From sequence record LC680885.1: DNA of 64,000 nt; one strand, written 5' to 3'. The notes below the pieces were generated by a model that saw nothing but the letters and a program-made list of their open reading frames with translations, was not told where the DNA came from and did not search any database. The translations under genes and the position numbers were made by a program. Numbering within the stretch: position 1 is the first letter of the stretch; each line of letters begins with the position of its first letter. This document shows, one piece after another, positions 1 through 10,050 of this stretch.

Positions 1-2
1 AT

Positions 3-752
3 GTAGGATTAGAAGAAGAACATTTAGGTTTAATATCAATGAAAAATGAATTTTTACTTGATAAACAATTAACAACAGATAAAAAGAAAACTTATGCATC
101 ATCAGTAATTCAACAAGAAGGTAATTTAATTCAACCTCCAGATTTAGATGTTAAAGGTATGGCTATTAGAAAAGTTAACACTAATAAACGTATTAGAGAA
201 TTATTTACTGAAATATTACAAAAAGATATTTTAGAAAATAAAACTGGTGTAGATCGTATTAAGATAATACGTAAATTTAAAGATATTGAAGAAATGATTA
301 AGAAATCATTAGATAATGGAGAAATTGAATTCTTAAAACCGTTTAAAGCTAATAATGCTGAAGTGTATAAAGATCCTTATTCTCAAATGGCTTATAGAGC
401 TGCTTTAGCATGGAATATAATGTTCCCAGAAAAGGAAATAGCACTACCTGCTAAGATATTAGCAGTTAAATTAAATATTAGTACATTTGGAGATATTAAG
501 AATAAGATAACTGATGAAAATACTTTAAATAGATTTAGAGAAGTATTTAAGAATGAAAGTTTAGTTAAAAATGGTTTAAATGTAATTGCAGTTGAAGGTA
601 ATACAATTCCTGAAGAGTTTAGACCTTTTATTGACTATGATAGTATGATTGAAGATCATATTAAACCAGGTAAAGATATTATTGAATCTATAGGAGTTAG
701 AGTATTGGAATCTTCAAATAGCTCATTTGTATCTAATATGATTAAATTCTAA
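3..752 (+). CDS. Family-B DNA polymerase, C-terminal half of a split enzyme (5'-truncated by the window edge)
   Basis: The frame is open upstream of ATG 39 to the window edge (VGLEEEHLGLISMKNEF). Motifs ISMKNE, KKxYA and LDVKGMAIRK match the PolB palm/thumb C-terminus. The exonuclease and motif A half is at 19350. Confidence 0.8.
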   Translation, partial: VGLEEEHLGLISMKNEFLLDKQLTTDKKKTYASSVIQQEGNLIQPPDLDVKGMAIRKVNTNKRIRELFTEILQKDILENKTGVDRIKIIRKFKDIEEMIKKSLDNGEIEFLKPFKANNAEVYKDPYSQMAYRAALAWNIMFPEKEIALPAKILAVKLNISTFGDIKNKITDENTLNRFREVFKNESLVKNGLNVIAVEGNTIPEEFRPFIDYDSMIEDHIKPGKDIIESIGVRVLESSNSSFVSNMIKF

Positions 753-774
753 ATAATTGAATGAGGTATTTATT

Positions 775-1353
775 ATGGAAAAATACTATAAATTTAATTT
801 ATTTGAGTGCATACTAAAAAATATTGGTATGCACTCAGATAAATATGAAAATTTGATAAGTAATATAAATAAAAATTTTACATCTTTATATTTTTATGAC
901 TATGAGATTAATAATAGTGATATAGATAAATTGATATATGATAACATTCAAAAACAATTAATTGATGATAGTTATTTTTTATTTGAAATCAATAATAAAG
1001 AAGAAAGACTATTAGTTGATTTTGAAAATAACCTTTTATATGATAAATATAATGAGAAAATAGGAATGGTTTCTTTAAATAGGATTACTTCTTCTAGAGT
1101 AAATTTATTTTCAGATTTTGAGAATAAATATAGAGATTTAATATTTATGGAAAAAGAAGATATAAAATATGAAAATTTAATTGATATGGGATTTAATATT
1201 GTTACTACTTTTGAAATTTCTACCGTATGTAAAAATAAAATAAATAATTTTAGTTACTTTGGTTTTGATATTAAAGATAATAAAAATAATCTATTAATTG
1301 AATGTGATGAAAAAGAATTCAAAATTAATAAAGTTAAGAATAATTTTATATAA
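775..1353 (+). CDS. Hypothetical protein, conserved-terminus family member
   Basis: SD GAGGT at 763-767 favours ATG 775. N-terminus MEKYYKFNLFE; C-terminus ECDEKEFKINKVKNNFI. Confidence 0.75.
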   Translation: MEKYYKFNLFECILKNIGMHSDKYENLISNINKNFTSLYFYDYEINNSDIDKLIYDNIQKQLIDDSYFLFEINNKEERLLVDFENNLLYDKYNEKIGMVSLNRITSSRVNLFSDFENKYRDLIFMEKEDIKYENLIDMGFNIVTTFEISTVCKNKINNFSYFGFDIKDNKNNLLIECDEKEFKINKVKNNFI

Positions 1354-1381
1354 TTAGAAAAGTTAAAAGATAAATTTATTA

Positions 1382-2131
1382 ATGATTATGAATAAGGAGA
1401 CTTTGAATTTTATGTATAAAGAAGATGAAATGAATACAGGTCATATAGTTGCTGATTGTGATGAAGTTTTAGTAAATATTTCCCCTAAGATAGTTCAATT
1501 AATGCATGAAGATTTTGATTATTACAGTCAATTCTTTAGACTATCTCCAGAGTATAATTACGGTACTCATTACAATACAGTTCTTAATCGTCCTGAATAT
1601 TATATTGACCAATGGTTAGTAAGAAAAGATGTTTATGAAAGATTTTCTGAAGATGAAGTTAATGAAGCTAGAAATAGGTTACAAAATGAAATTATATTTA
1701 AAAAAGATTTATACGATACATTAGAACCAACAAATTTAGCTAAAAGTTTATCATATACAATCAATACACCTTTAATGAATAGATTATCAATTGTAACTAA
1801 AACTTCTGATAATAACTTAAAATCTAAAGAGAAATTTTTGAAAACTTTATTTAGAGGAAGTATGGAAAAGGTTGATATTTATTATCTTGAATCAGATGAA
1901 AAGAAATCAGATGTAATTAATACATTAGGTTATGTTACTAGAATATATGAGGATGAAGTTAGTAATATTAAAGACATTATTATGAATTGTGATAATGTTA
2001 TGCAAACTGGCATCGATATTCCTTCATTAGGATATAACCAAAAATTAGATGAAGCAACTATTATGAAAGCTAAAGAAAAAGAAATAGACTTAAATTATTT
2101 TAGTTATATGAGTAATAGTTTAGTTAATTAA
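1382..2131 (+). CDS. HAD-superfamily phosphatase, 5'(3')-deoxyribonucleotidase-like
   Basis: N-terminal HIVADCDEVLVN fits HAD motif I (DxDxV). Later IVTKT and IYEDE resemble motifs II and IV. Confidence 0.6.
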   Translation: MIMNKETLNFMYKEDEMNTGHIVADCDEVLVNISPKIVQLMHEDFDYYSQFFRLSPEYNYGTHYNTVLNRPEYYIDQWLVRKDVYERFSEDEVNEARNRLQNEIIFKKDLYDTLEPTNLAKSLSYTINTPLMNRLSIVTKTSDNNLKSKEKFLKTLFRGSMEKVDIYYLESDEKKSDVINTLGYVTRIYEDEVSNIKDIIMNCDNVMQTGIDIPSLGYNQKLDEATIMKAKEKEIDLNYFSYMSNSLVN

Positions 2132-2139
2132 TAATTATT

Positions 2140-2168
2140 GCCATGTTAAGTTTATAGCTTAACATGGC
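2140..2168 (+). terminator. Intrinsic terminator hairpin
   Basis: GCCATGTTAAG / CTTAACATGGC 11-bp stem followed by T-rich tracts. Confidence 0.75.
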
Positions 2169-2221
2169 TTTTATATATTTATTTTTTTTTTTATAAAATA
2201 AGATTGGAAGTGAAATGTTAG

Positions 2222-3733
2222 ATGAAAATAGATATGATCAACGTTGATCAAATTATTACAGCCTATGAAGCTAAAGAAGTTACCAATCCTATTTTCTTTG
2301 ATTCAGGAACTTTACCTAAAGAAGACGGTTTATTCTCATATGAAATATTTGGTTTAATAGGTACTGATGAAAGAAAGAACAATGTGGGGTGGATTAATTT
2401 AGGTGGTAAATACTTAAATCCTGTAGCGTATAAAGCTATGAAAGAATTAGATAAGAATATAGATTTATGTATTCAAGGATCTGATTACTTTAAAATTGAA
2501 AAAGGACAATTAGTTCCAGATGAAAATGGTGAAACTGGATTAAATTTCCTATACGATAATTATGAAAATCTTAAATTTAGAAAAAATGATTCTCGTATCC
2601 GAAATGAAAAAATTGATATGCTTAAAAATACTCCTAAAGATAGAATATTTACAGATAAATGGCTTGTAATACCTGCTTTCTATCGTGACTTTAACCCTAA
2701 TGAAACTTCAGGAGAAATTCAAGATACTGAAGAAATAAATGATATGTATGCGAGTATTTTAAGATCTGTAGATTCAATTAGTTTTAACTCATTTGATTTT
2801 GTAGCTAATACGACTAAATATAATATTCAAAATAAATTATTTGAAATATACGTTAAATTAACTTCAGGTGAACTATCAGGTAAAACTGGTATGATGCAAA
2901 GAAATATTTTAGGTAAGACAGTAGATAATAGTACTCGTTCAGTTATTTCATCACCTAAAATCAATTCAAATAAATGGAATGAAATGCAAATTGAATTCGG
3001 TCAATTAGGTGTTCCATTAACTCAATTAGTAACATTGTTCTTACCTTTCTTTAGTAAATATATTATAGACTTTATTGAAATTCATAAAGATGCTTTCCAA
3101 ACTGCTACTGGAACTGATGAAAAGGAATTAACATTAGAAGAAGTATATGAACAATTTGATGATAAATCTATTAAGAATATGTTAGAATACTTTATTAAAG
3201 ACCCTAATGAAAGATTTAGTCCTATATATGTAAATGATAGACAAGGTAAACGTCATAAAGTTAAATTATTTGAAAATACTTTAGGTAGAACTTTTACTGT
3301 AATTGATTTACTTTATATAGCTGCTACAGAAATATGTGAAGATAAGTATGTGGTTTATTCAAGATATCCGATTGAAAATTTCTTGAATGTGGCTCCTGCT
3401 AAAATTAAAATACTAACTACAGTTGATACAATTCCAGAAATTACTTTAGATGATATTGTACTTAAAGATTATCCTAAAGTTGTTCATGAATATCCTGTTG
3501 ATGAAGATGTATTTATAGATACTGCTATTATACACAACAGTTATGCCGGAGCACTTGGTGCAGATTTTGACGGTGATATGATCTCTATTAGATCTTTATG
3601 GACAGTTGAAGCTAATAAAGAAGCTAATAAACTTCTTAATAAGAAAACTAACTATCTAAACTACACTGGTAATTCAGTACGTAATTTGGGTAACGAATCG
3701 GTACAAGCTTTATATTCATTAACTAAAGAATAA
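2222..3733 (+). CDS. rpoC: Phage multisubunit RNA polymerase beta'-like subunit, N-terminal/catalytic part (probably virion RNAP)
   Basis: EDGLFSYEIFG, GWINL, WLVIPAFYRD, GKTGMMQRNILGKTVD, SRYP and the catalytic ADFDGD motif. Virion versus non-virion assignment is inference. Confidence 0.9.
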   Translation: MKIDMINVDQIITAYEAKEVTNPIFFDSGTLPKEDGLFSYEIFGLIGTDERKNNVGWINLGGKYLNPVAYKAMKELDKNIDLCIQGSDYFKIEKGQLVPDENGETGLNFLYDNYENLKFRKNDSRIRNEKIDMLKNTPKDRIFTDKWLVIPAFYRDFNPNETSGEIQDTEEINDMYASILRSVDSISFNSFDFVANTTKYNIQNKLFEIYVKLTSGELSGKTGMMQRNILGKTVDNSTRSVISSPKINSNKWNEMQIEFGQLGVPLTQLVTLFLPFFSKYIIDFIEIHKDAFQTATGTDEKELTLEEVYEQFDDKSIKNMLEYFIKDPNERFSPIYVNDRQGKRHKVKLFENTLGRTFTVIDLLYIAATEICEDKYVVYSRYPIENFLNVAPAKIKILTTVDTIPEITLDDIVLKDYPKVVHEYPVDEDVFIDTAIIHNSYAGALGADFDGDMISIRSLWTVEANKEANKLLNKKTNYLNYTGNSVRNLGNESVQALYSLTKE

Positions 3734-3745
3734 ATTTAAAAAAAT

Positions 3746-3776
3746 GAGGTAACGGACAATTATAGTTCGTTACCTC
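3746..3776 (+). terminator. Terminator hairpin
   Basis: GAGGTAACG / CGTTACCTC inverted repeat just after the stop codon. Confidence 0.65.
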
Positions 3777-3810
3777 TATTATACTGCAAAAACGTATCTA
3801 ATGATATTTT

Positions 3811-3825
3811 AAATTTATATTATAA
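3811..3825 (+). promoter_or_regulatory. Early phage promoter (TATATTAT core) with 5' hairpin at 3832-3852
   Basis: AAATTTATATTATAA; the same motif recurs at nine intergenic sites. Confidence 0.75.
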
Positions 3826-3877
3826 TTATGAAGTTGATAATTATTATCAACTAATTTAAATAAAAGGATGATTTAAT

Positions 3878-4177
3878 ATGAATGAAATTAAAATAATGGA
3901 TACTGAACTACTACAGGAAGCTGTAGAAGGAAAAGAGAATAACGGTGGAGGTTACGAACATACTCGTACCGTTTTCGAATTCCAAGGAAAACAAGGAGTT
4001 TTCGAAGACACTTCTTGTGGTGATTTCGGTAGCAGATTCTTCATGGAATGGGATGGAAAAATGGCTATGTGGGGAAGTATGATTGATGAAGAACTCGAAT
4101 ACAGTGAATTCGATGAACAAGAACAATCAGAACTTCTAAAGCATTTTAGAGTTCCTGTTTTTGAAGAAACAATCTAG
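3878..4177 (+). CDS. Small acidic early protein, stand-alone transcription unit
   Basis: SD AAAGGA; 24 D/E versus 8 K/R in 99 aa; own promoter and terminator. Confidence 0.85.
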   Translation: MNEIKIMDTELLQEAVEGKENNGGGYEHTRTVFEFQGKQGVFEDTSCGDFGSRFFMEWDGKMAMWGSMIDEELEYSEFDEQEQSELLKHFRVPVFEETI

Positions 4178-4196
4178 GACATTAATGTCCTAGATT
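4171..4196 (+). terminator. Terminator hairpin
   Basis: AATCTAGGACAT / ATGTCCTAGATT followed by T-rich tract. Confidence 0.75.
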
Positions 4197-4235
4197 TCTT
4201 TTATTTTTTTTCTAAAAATATTCTATTTTATGATT

Positions 4236-4250
4236 AAATATATATTATAA
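4236..4250 (+). promoter_or_regulatory. Early phage promoter
   Basis: AAATATATATTATAA. Confidence 0.75.
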
Positions 4251-4334
4251 AAATAGATGCAATTAAATATATTGAAAGATGTTGTTTTATATGTAAAGTT
4301 TTAGAAGAATTTAATAAGGGAGCTGAAATAGATA

Positions 4335-4817
4335 ATGATATATTACAAAAATAAAGTAAATGGTGAAATATACGAAGTTAATGATATTCATAGAAAAGAT
4401 GATGCATTTTATTATGTGTTTGGTAATGAATTTAAAAAAGAAAGAATAGGATTATATGAATCAGTGGGTAAAAAAATTGATTTATTTGATAAAGATAAAG
4501 GACATAAAGAATTAAACTTCCAATTAAATTATGACTCATCTAGATTATTTTTAGTTACACATATGAAATATGATAATAATAATCCTTTTGCACCTAAAGC
4601 AGTAGATTTAAAGAATCAAAATTTTGTCGCATCCGATTCTTCAGAAGATCTTTACTATATATTATATAAAAGAATGTGTAATGCAATAGATATACCTTTA
4701 TTAGATTATAATGTATTATTAAAAGAATTTAATTTTGATAATGAAGATATATTTAAAATAATATCAGAAGATTGTAAAGAAGTAAAAGATTTTAAAATTA
4801 GAAATCTTTTTAAATAA
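4335..4817 (+). CDS. Hypothetical, conserved-terminus family; recent paralog of 5545..6036
   Basis: N-terminus MIYYKNKVNGEIYEV; C-terminus FKIISEDCKEVKDFKIRNLFK. Confidence 0.85.
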   Translation: MIYYKNKVNGEIYEVNDIHRKDDAFYYVFGNEFKKERIGLYESVGKKIDLFDKDKGHKELNFQLNYDSSRLFLVTHMKYDNNNPFAPKAVDLKNQNFVASDSSEDLYYILYKRMCNAIDIPLLDYNVLLKEFNFDNEDIFKIISEDCKEVKDFKIRNLFK

Positions 4818-4832
4818 AAGGAGAAATTTTAA

Positions 4833-5534
4833 ATGGAAAATATTAAATTGTATAAAAATCTAGAAAACGGTGATAAATTTACTTTATCTAAAGATGAAAT
4901 TAATAATGGTAGATTTCTTTATAAAGTCATGAAACAAATAAAAAGTAATTTTTATCCATATTATAATTATGAAGACCAACCCATTACAACCAATGGAAAC
5001 TCTTATTTAATTAATAAACAACTGAATTTTCATTTTTATACACATTCTGATATTATTATAAATTTTAAAAATTTAATTGGAATAGATGAAGATATAATAA
5101 TTAAGAGTAATGAAAATAAAGAAAGAAATATTTCATCTTCAATTGTTTGTTTCTCTGATTCTAATACAAATAATGATAGAATTTATGAAAATATATTTCA
5201 AATTGTTTTGAACACAAAAAAGGCTAAGAAAATAAATCGTATGCTAGATAAATATAAAAGCGATAAATATGAAATATCTTCTTATACAATGGATAAAAAT
5301 GAAGTAATTTTTAAAGTTAGTTTCAAACAAGATTATTTGTCTGATAAGAGTAATGACGCTTATGATTCTCTAGATGAATTGATATATTATATGTTAAAGG
5401 ACCTTAGAATTAAGATCGACAATTCGTATATGTATTTTATGGATTATCTAAGATGGAATTTGGAATTTATTGCTGAAGAAATTACTGATAAGGAAGAAAT
5501 TAAAAAATACTTAATTAAAGAAAAATTTAAATAA
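4833..5534 (+). CDS. Hypothetical, conserved-terminus family
   Basis: SD AAGGAG; N-terminus KLYKNLENGDKFTL; C-terminus AEEITDKEEIKKYLIKEKFK. Confidence 0.85.
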   Translation: MENIKLYKNLENGDKFTLSKDEINNGRFLYKVMKQIKSNFYPYYNYEDQPITTNGNSYLINKQLNFHFYTHSDIIINFKNLIGIDEDIIIKSNENKERNISSSIVCFSDSNTNNDRIYENIFQIVLNTKKAKKINRMLDKYKSDKYEISSYTMDKNEVIFKVSFKQDYLSDKSNDAYDSLDELIYYMLKDLRIKIDNSYMYFMDYLRWNLEFIAEEITDKEEIKKYLIKEKFK

Positions 5535-5544
5535 GGAAGTGTAA

Positions 5545-6036
5545 ATGGATATGATATATTACAAAAATAAAGTAAATGGTGAAATATATGAAGTTAATAA
5601 TATTCATAGAAAAGATGATGCATTTTATTATGTATTCAATAATGAATTTAAAAAAGAGAATTCGTCTTTTTATAAATCTTATGGTAAAAAGATTGATTTA
5701 TATGATGAAGACGTAGGAATTATAAAATTGGAGTTTTTCTTAATTTATGATTTTATTAATCTTCATTTAACTACACACTTTTCTTGGGATTTTAATAATA
5801 TTCCTTTTATACCTAAAAATATAGAATTAACAAATCAAAATTTTGTCATATCAGACTCTTCAATTGATCTTTATTATTTATTCTATAAAAGAATATGTGA
5901 TGTGATAGATATAAATATGGCACATTATAATATTCCATTAGGAAAATTTAATTTTGATAATGGAGATATATTTGAAATAATATCAGAAGATTGCAAAGAA
6001 GTAAAAGATCTTAAAGTTAGAAATCATTTTAGATAA
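5545..6036 (+). CDS. Hypothetical, conserved-terminus family; paralog of 4335..4817
   Basis: The first ~30 codons are nearly identical to 4335; C-terminus FEIISEDCKEVKDLKVRNHFR. Confidence 0.85.
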   Translation: MDMIYYKNKVNGEIYEVNNIHRKDDAFYYVFNNEFKKENSSFYKSYGKKIDLYDEDVGIIKLEFFLIYDFINLHLTTHFSWDFNNIPFIPKNIELTNQNFVISDSSIDLYYLFYKRICDVIDINMAHYNIPLGKFNFDNGDIFEIISEDCKEVKDLKVRNHFR

Positions 6037-6041
6037 GGAGA

Positions 6042-6227
6042 TTGATAAATATGAGAAAAGAAATTAGAAAAAATGAAAGTAAACAATTGACTTTACAAGA
6101 AAAATGGGAAATTGATGCAGAATTATACAGAGAGAAAAATAAAGACAAGAAAAAAATAAAAGGGCCAATTATAGGAAAGAAAGTTTCTAAAGAAGAAATG
6201 GAAAGAATCTTAAAAGGAGAAGAATAA
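6042..6227 (+). CDS. Small basic hypothetical protein
   Basis: SD AAGGAG; ATG at 6051 is an alternative start; operon-packed. Confidence 0.7.
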   Translation: MINMRKEIRKNESKQLTLQEKWEIDAELYREKNKDKKKIKGPIIGKKVSKEEMERILKGEE

Positions 6228-6228
6228 A

Positions 6229-6882
6229 ATGTTTAATCACAATATCTTACTATATAAACCTATTAGCATTGATTATAATGATTTTATTGAGTTAAACAAA
6301 GAAAAATATAAAAATGATAGAGAATATATTAAAATGATAAATGTATTTAACTTAATGGAACTGTTAAAAATAGACTCTTTTAAAGATAAAACTTTCTTTG
6401 AAACTGAATGTAAATTAAAATTAAGAGGTTATGATGAATATAAAAATATAAAAGTGGTTTACAATCAATCATTAGACAGTGATCCAATATTCTCTAATTT
6501 AAAAAACTTTAATGCAGAATTAGATATTATAAGTAAAGAAAGAGATAATACTTATATGACTGAAGAATTATTATATGAATACAATATGATGAAAATGAGC
6601 ACATGTATAAATGATAAAGCTAACACTATTACAATTAAAATAAAAAATTTCATTAATTCAAATAAAGAAAATTTTAATAACGATTTTGAATTCCTTATTA
6701 AAGAATTTGAAAATAATTTATTAAAGAATTTAACAGACCTCCATAAATATGAAGACTTACAACTTCTAATTAATAGTGAATATCACAGTTTAAAAGATAT
6801 TAGTGTATATAATGAAAAAATATTTAGACCTGCTACTGATAAAGAGTTTAAGAATTATTTAGTTAAAAAAGGATTTAGATGA
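6229..6882 (+). CDS. Hypothetical, conserved-terminus family
   Basis: C-terminus IFRPATDKEFKNYLVKKGFR. Confidence 0.85.
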   Translation: MFNHNILLYKPISIDYNDFIELNKEKYKNDREYIKMINVFNLMELLKIDSFKDKTFFETECKLKLRGYDEYKNIKVVYNQSLDSDPIFSNLKNFNAELDIISKERDNTYMTEELLYEYNMMKMSTCINDKANTITIKIKNFINSNKENFNNDFEFLIKEFENNLLKNLTDLHKYEDLQLLINSEYHSLKDISVYNEKIFRPATDKEFKNYLVKKGFR

Positions 6883-6893
6883 AAATATGTATT

Positions 6894-6908
6894 AAATATA
6901 TATTATAA
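6894..6908 (+). promoter_or_regulatory. Early phage promoter with 13-bp 5' hairpin at 6913-6943
   Basis: AAATATATATTATAA, then GAGATAATGAATT / AATTCATTATCTC. Confidence 0.8.
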
Positions 6909-6975
6909 AAATGAGATAATGAATTAATATAATTCATTATCTCTATATTAATTTAATTAGGAGAGTGAAAAAGAT

Positions 6976-7584
6976 ATGGATTTAAAAGAGAATAAATTTT
7001 ATTATAATAAAGATATTAATGAGCTTTTTATAATTGGTAAGGATGAAAGTGATATTAACGATAAGATAAATAAATTCTATTATAAAAAATTATTAGAAAA
7101 AAATTTAGATTATCATGGTTTAATTAATAATCTTTATTATAATAGAAATATAAATTTTGATTTAATGGATGATGACGATATATATTTTAGTAATATGTAT
7201 AATGGAATTAGAGAATATATTAAGGTGAGTTATGTAGAATTTTCATGTACAAATTTTGAAGATAATGAAGTAATATTACAGTTAGATACTTTTATTGATA
7301 AAAGCAATGATAAAAATCTTTTAGAAGTTCATAAAGATTCGCATGGTGTTACCATAACAATGGTAAAAGGTTTTTATGAAAAAGATCTTATAAATTATAA
7401 TGAATACAAAAATATTTTAGACAAATTATCTGATCTGTTTGACACAATGCTTAAAGAAGAAAATGATGGAAATATTAAAATCTTTATAAATGATATTGAT
7501 ATATTTGAACCTTATGCATATTTTAGAGAGTTAGAAGACGAAAGAGGAATTAAAAATATTTTGGTTAAGAAAAATTTTATATAA
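6976..7584 (+). CDS. Hypothetical, conserved-terminus family
   Basis: N-terminus KFYYNKDINELFII; C-terminus YFRELEDERGIKNILVKKNFI. Confidence 0.85.
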   Translation: MDLKENKFYYNKDINELFIIGKDESDINDKINKFYYKKLLEKNLDYHGLINNLYYNRNINFDLMDDDDIYFSNMYNGIREYIKVSYVEFSCTNFEDNEVILQLDTFIDKSNDKNLLEVHKDSHGVTITMVKGFYEKDLINYNEYKNILDKLSDLFDTMLKEENDGNIKIFINDIDIFEPYAYFRELEDERGIKNILVKKNFI

Positions 7585-7598
7585 AGGAGATAGATATA

Positions 7599-8219
7599 AT
7601 GGATGTAAATGAATATATAAATAATCATGATTTTTATAGAGTTGGGAATGACGGTCAAGTATTTGTATTTAATAAAGATATATCAAAAGATGAATTAAAT
7701 TCTAAAATATTTACTAAATTATTTTCATGCGAAAATATAGGAATTATACTGTCTGAATGTGGTCATTATATAATAGATGGAAATAATATATTCTTAAGAA
7801 ATAATGATAAAATATTATTAGTCGAAAATATGACTATTGATATAAGTTTATTTAAAGATGATCTAATTGAATTAAATTTTATATTAAATATTGAATCTGA
7901 TCTTTATTCAAAAATTGGTCCTTTTGAAAAAGATAATCATGATCCTTTTTATTATTATAATACTATTATTCAAATAGAAAATAAAGATAACTTTCAACAT
8001 GAATTAATTTCTCATATAACAAATCATTTTAATAAAATGAGTGATGTTGATTTAATGCTTTTAACTACTAAAAATGAAATTAGATTTAATAAAGATTATA
8101 GTATTAATAAAAAATGTATTGATTTTAAATGTAATTTTAATGAAATTTATAAAATATTTAATAAATTAGAAGATGAAAAAGAAATTAAGAAATATATAGT
8201 AAGAGAAAATTTTAAATAA
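7599..8219 (+). CDS. Hypothetical, conserved-terminus family
   Basis: C-terminus IFNKLEDEKEIKKYIVRENFK. Confidence 0.85.
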   Translation: MDVNEYINNHDFYRVGNDGQVFVFNKDISKDELNSKIFTKLFSCENIGIILSECGHYIIDGNNIFLRNNDKILLVENMTIDISLFKDDLIELNFILNIESDLYSKIGPFEKDNHDPFYYYNTIIQIENKDNFQHELISHITNHFNKMSDVDLMLLTTKNEIRFNKDYSINKKCIDFKCNFNEIYKIFNKLEDEKEIKKYIVRENFK

Positions 8220-8232
8220 GGATAGAATAAAT

Positions 8233-8796
8233 ATGAATTTAGATAATATTGTAATATTAAAAAAGAAAAATGATGGTAAATTTGACAATAACAAATTTAT
8301 AGAATTTAATCATAATAATATTAATAATGATGAAATATTAAGTCTTTCTTTAATTACTCTATATACGAGCGTGTATGCATTTTATATAAAAAGTGATGTA
8401 AAACCTGACAATTTTGTTAGTTATTTAGCTAATTTTTATTTAGAAATAGATGGGCATTTAAAAGGACCTTTAAATATAACACATGATGAAAATAATAGAA
8501 TACTTATAATTTATAAAGGAAGACTACCACAAGATATTTTTGAGATTAGAGAATTTAACGTAAATACTAAATTATATGCATACTTAATTAAAGGTGGTAA
8601 TTACAATACGGTAGAAGATGATCTAATCAAATCAATAATCAATGGTTCAGAGTATATAATAAATAATGAAAGAATTAAGCCAAAAATTATTATTAATGGA
8701 GCATATAAGGATATTACAAATGTATTAAATTATTTTGAAAAACTTACTGATGAAAAAGAAATTAAAAAATATCTAATTAAAAAAAATTTTAAGTAG
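8233..8796 (+). CDS. Hypothetical, conserved-terminus family
   Basis: C-terminus YFEKLTDEKEIKKYLIKKNFK. Confidence 0.85.
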   Translation: MNLDNIVILKKKNDGKFDNNKFIEFNHNNINNDEILSLSLITLYTSVYAFYIKSDVKPDNFVSYLANFYLEIDGHLKGPLNITHDENNRILIIYKGRLPQDIFEIREFNVNTKLYAYLIKGGNYNTVEDDLIKSIINGSEYIINNERIKPKIIINGAYKDITNVLNYFEKLTDEKEIKKYLIKKNFK

Positions 8797-8813
8797 AATA
8801 AGGAGGATTAAAT

Positions 8814-9437
8814 TTGGATAAGTCATTATATGTATCGGATATATTCGATGAGAAAGTTATAGGAAGAAAGGATCTTAATAAAGATGAACTTTTTGATTTG
8901 TCATTTAATACAATTTTAAATAATTCTGCTGACACTAGATTTAATAAAGAAGGAATTAGGTTAATGTTATCATTTTCAAAAGGATTAATTTTAAAATTTG
9001 ATTATGCAGACAAATATTTTTATGTGAAAGATTTTATATTTTTAATAGAAAAAGTTGATGGTAACTATGAATTTAATTTTACATTAAGTATTCCAGAATT
9101 TGCAGACAGTGAAATTGAAATTGAATTAGGAATTTTTGAATCGGATAAAGGTCATAGAGAATTTTATTTTAATGATTTTTCTTATTATAAAGAAGGAAAA
9201 ACTTTATTAGAAAGAGCTAAAGAATATTTAATATACGATATTTTTAATAATTATGGTGTTATTTTTAGTATTTTTTCATTAAAAGACAAAAATAGAATTT
9301 TAACAGACGATAATTTTATCATAGATAATAATGATATAGATGAATTTTATAGTCTAAAAAATATAGATAACGTATTTAGAGAAGTAACAAACGAAAAAGA
9401 AATTAAAGAATACTTAGTTCAGAAAGGATTTAGATAA
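8814..9437 (+). CDS. Hypothetical, conserved-terminus family (TTG start)
   Basis: SD AAGGAGG; C-terminus VFREVTNEKEIKEYLVQKGFR. Confidence 0.85.
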   Translation: MDKSLYVSDIFDEKVIGRKDLNKDELFDLSFNTILNNSADTRFNKEGIRLMLSFSKGLILKFDYADKYFYVKDFIFLIEKVDGNYEFNFTLSIPEFADSEIEIELGIFESDKGHREFYFNDFSYYKEGKTLLERAKEYLIYDIFNNYGVIFSIFSLKDKNRILTDDNFIIDNNDIDEFYSLKNIDNVFREVTNEKEIKEYLVQKGFR

Positions 9438-9438
9438 A

Positions 9439-10050
9439 ATGAAAATAGACTTAGAATCTTATGAATACTATTACCATGATGAAGAAAAAATATTAGTTCC
9501 AGTATCATTAGATATGAAGAAAGAAAATGCAAATGAGTTAATGACGTTTGAATATTATAAGAAAGTTTTTAAAAGTTTTAATCATAATATATTTCATAAA
9601 AGAATTCATGATGATAATATACTATTTAGTACTCGATTAAATAAAGTGATTAACAAAAGTACTGGTATATCAATACCTACTTATGATTTATATATACATT
9701 TTGAAATAGATAACTCATTAAATATTATTTCCTTAGAATTAAGTTTTTCAATGGATACAAATCACTTTGATTTATTTAGAACATTCTATAAAGATAAAAT
9801 AGAAGTTATAAATTTTTCAAAGACAGATTTTTTAAAATATAATCAAAATGTAGATAATTTAGAAGATAAAATGGCATGTCTATTAGCTAAATTATTCTTT
9901 GATATGCACAATGATGAAAATGAAGATATTGAAATATATGTAGACAATTTTTACCATGAATCACTAGACATAGCTAAGCCATATAAATATTTTAGATTGA
10001 TGGGAGAAAAAGAAATAAAAAATCTAGCAACTAAAAAAACTTTTAAATAA
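9439..10050 (+). CDS. Hypothetical, conserved-terminus family
   Basis: The SD lies in the upstream gene's KGF codons; C-terminus YFRLMGEKEIKNLATKKTFK. Confidence 0.85.
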   Translation: MKIDLESYEYYYHDEEKILVPVSLDMKKENANELMTFEYYKKVFKSFNHNIFHKRIHDDNILFSTRLNKVINKSTGISIPTYDLYIHFEIDNSLNIISLELSFSMDTNHFDLFRTFYKDKIEVINFSKTDFLKYNQNVDNLEDKMACLLAKLFFDMHNDENEDIEIYVDNFYHESLDIAKPYKYFRLMGEKEIKNLATKKTFK

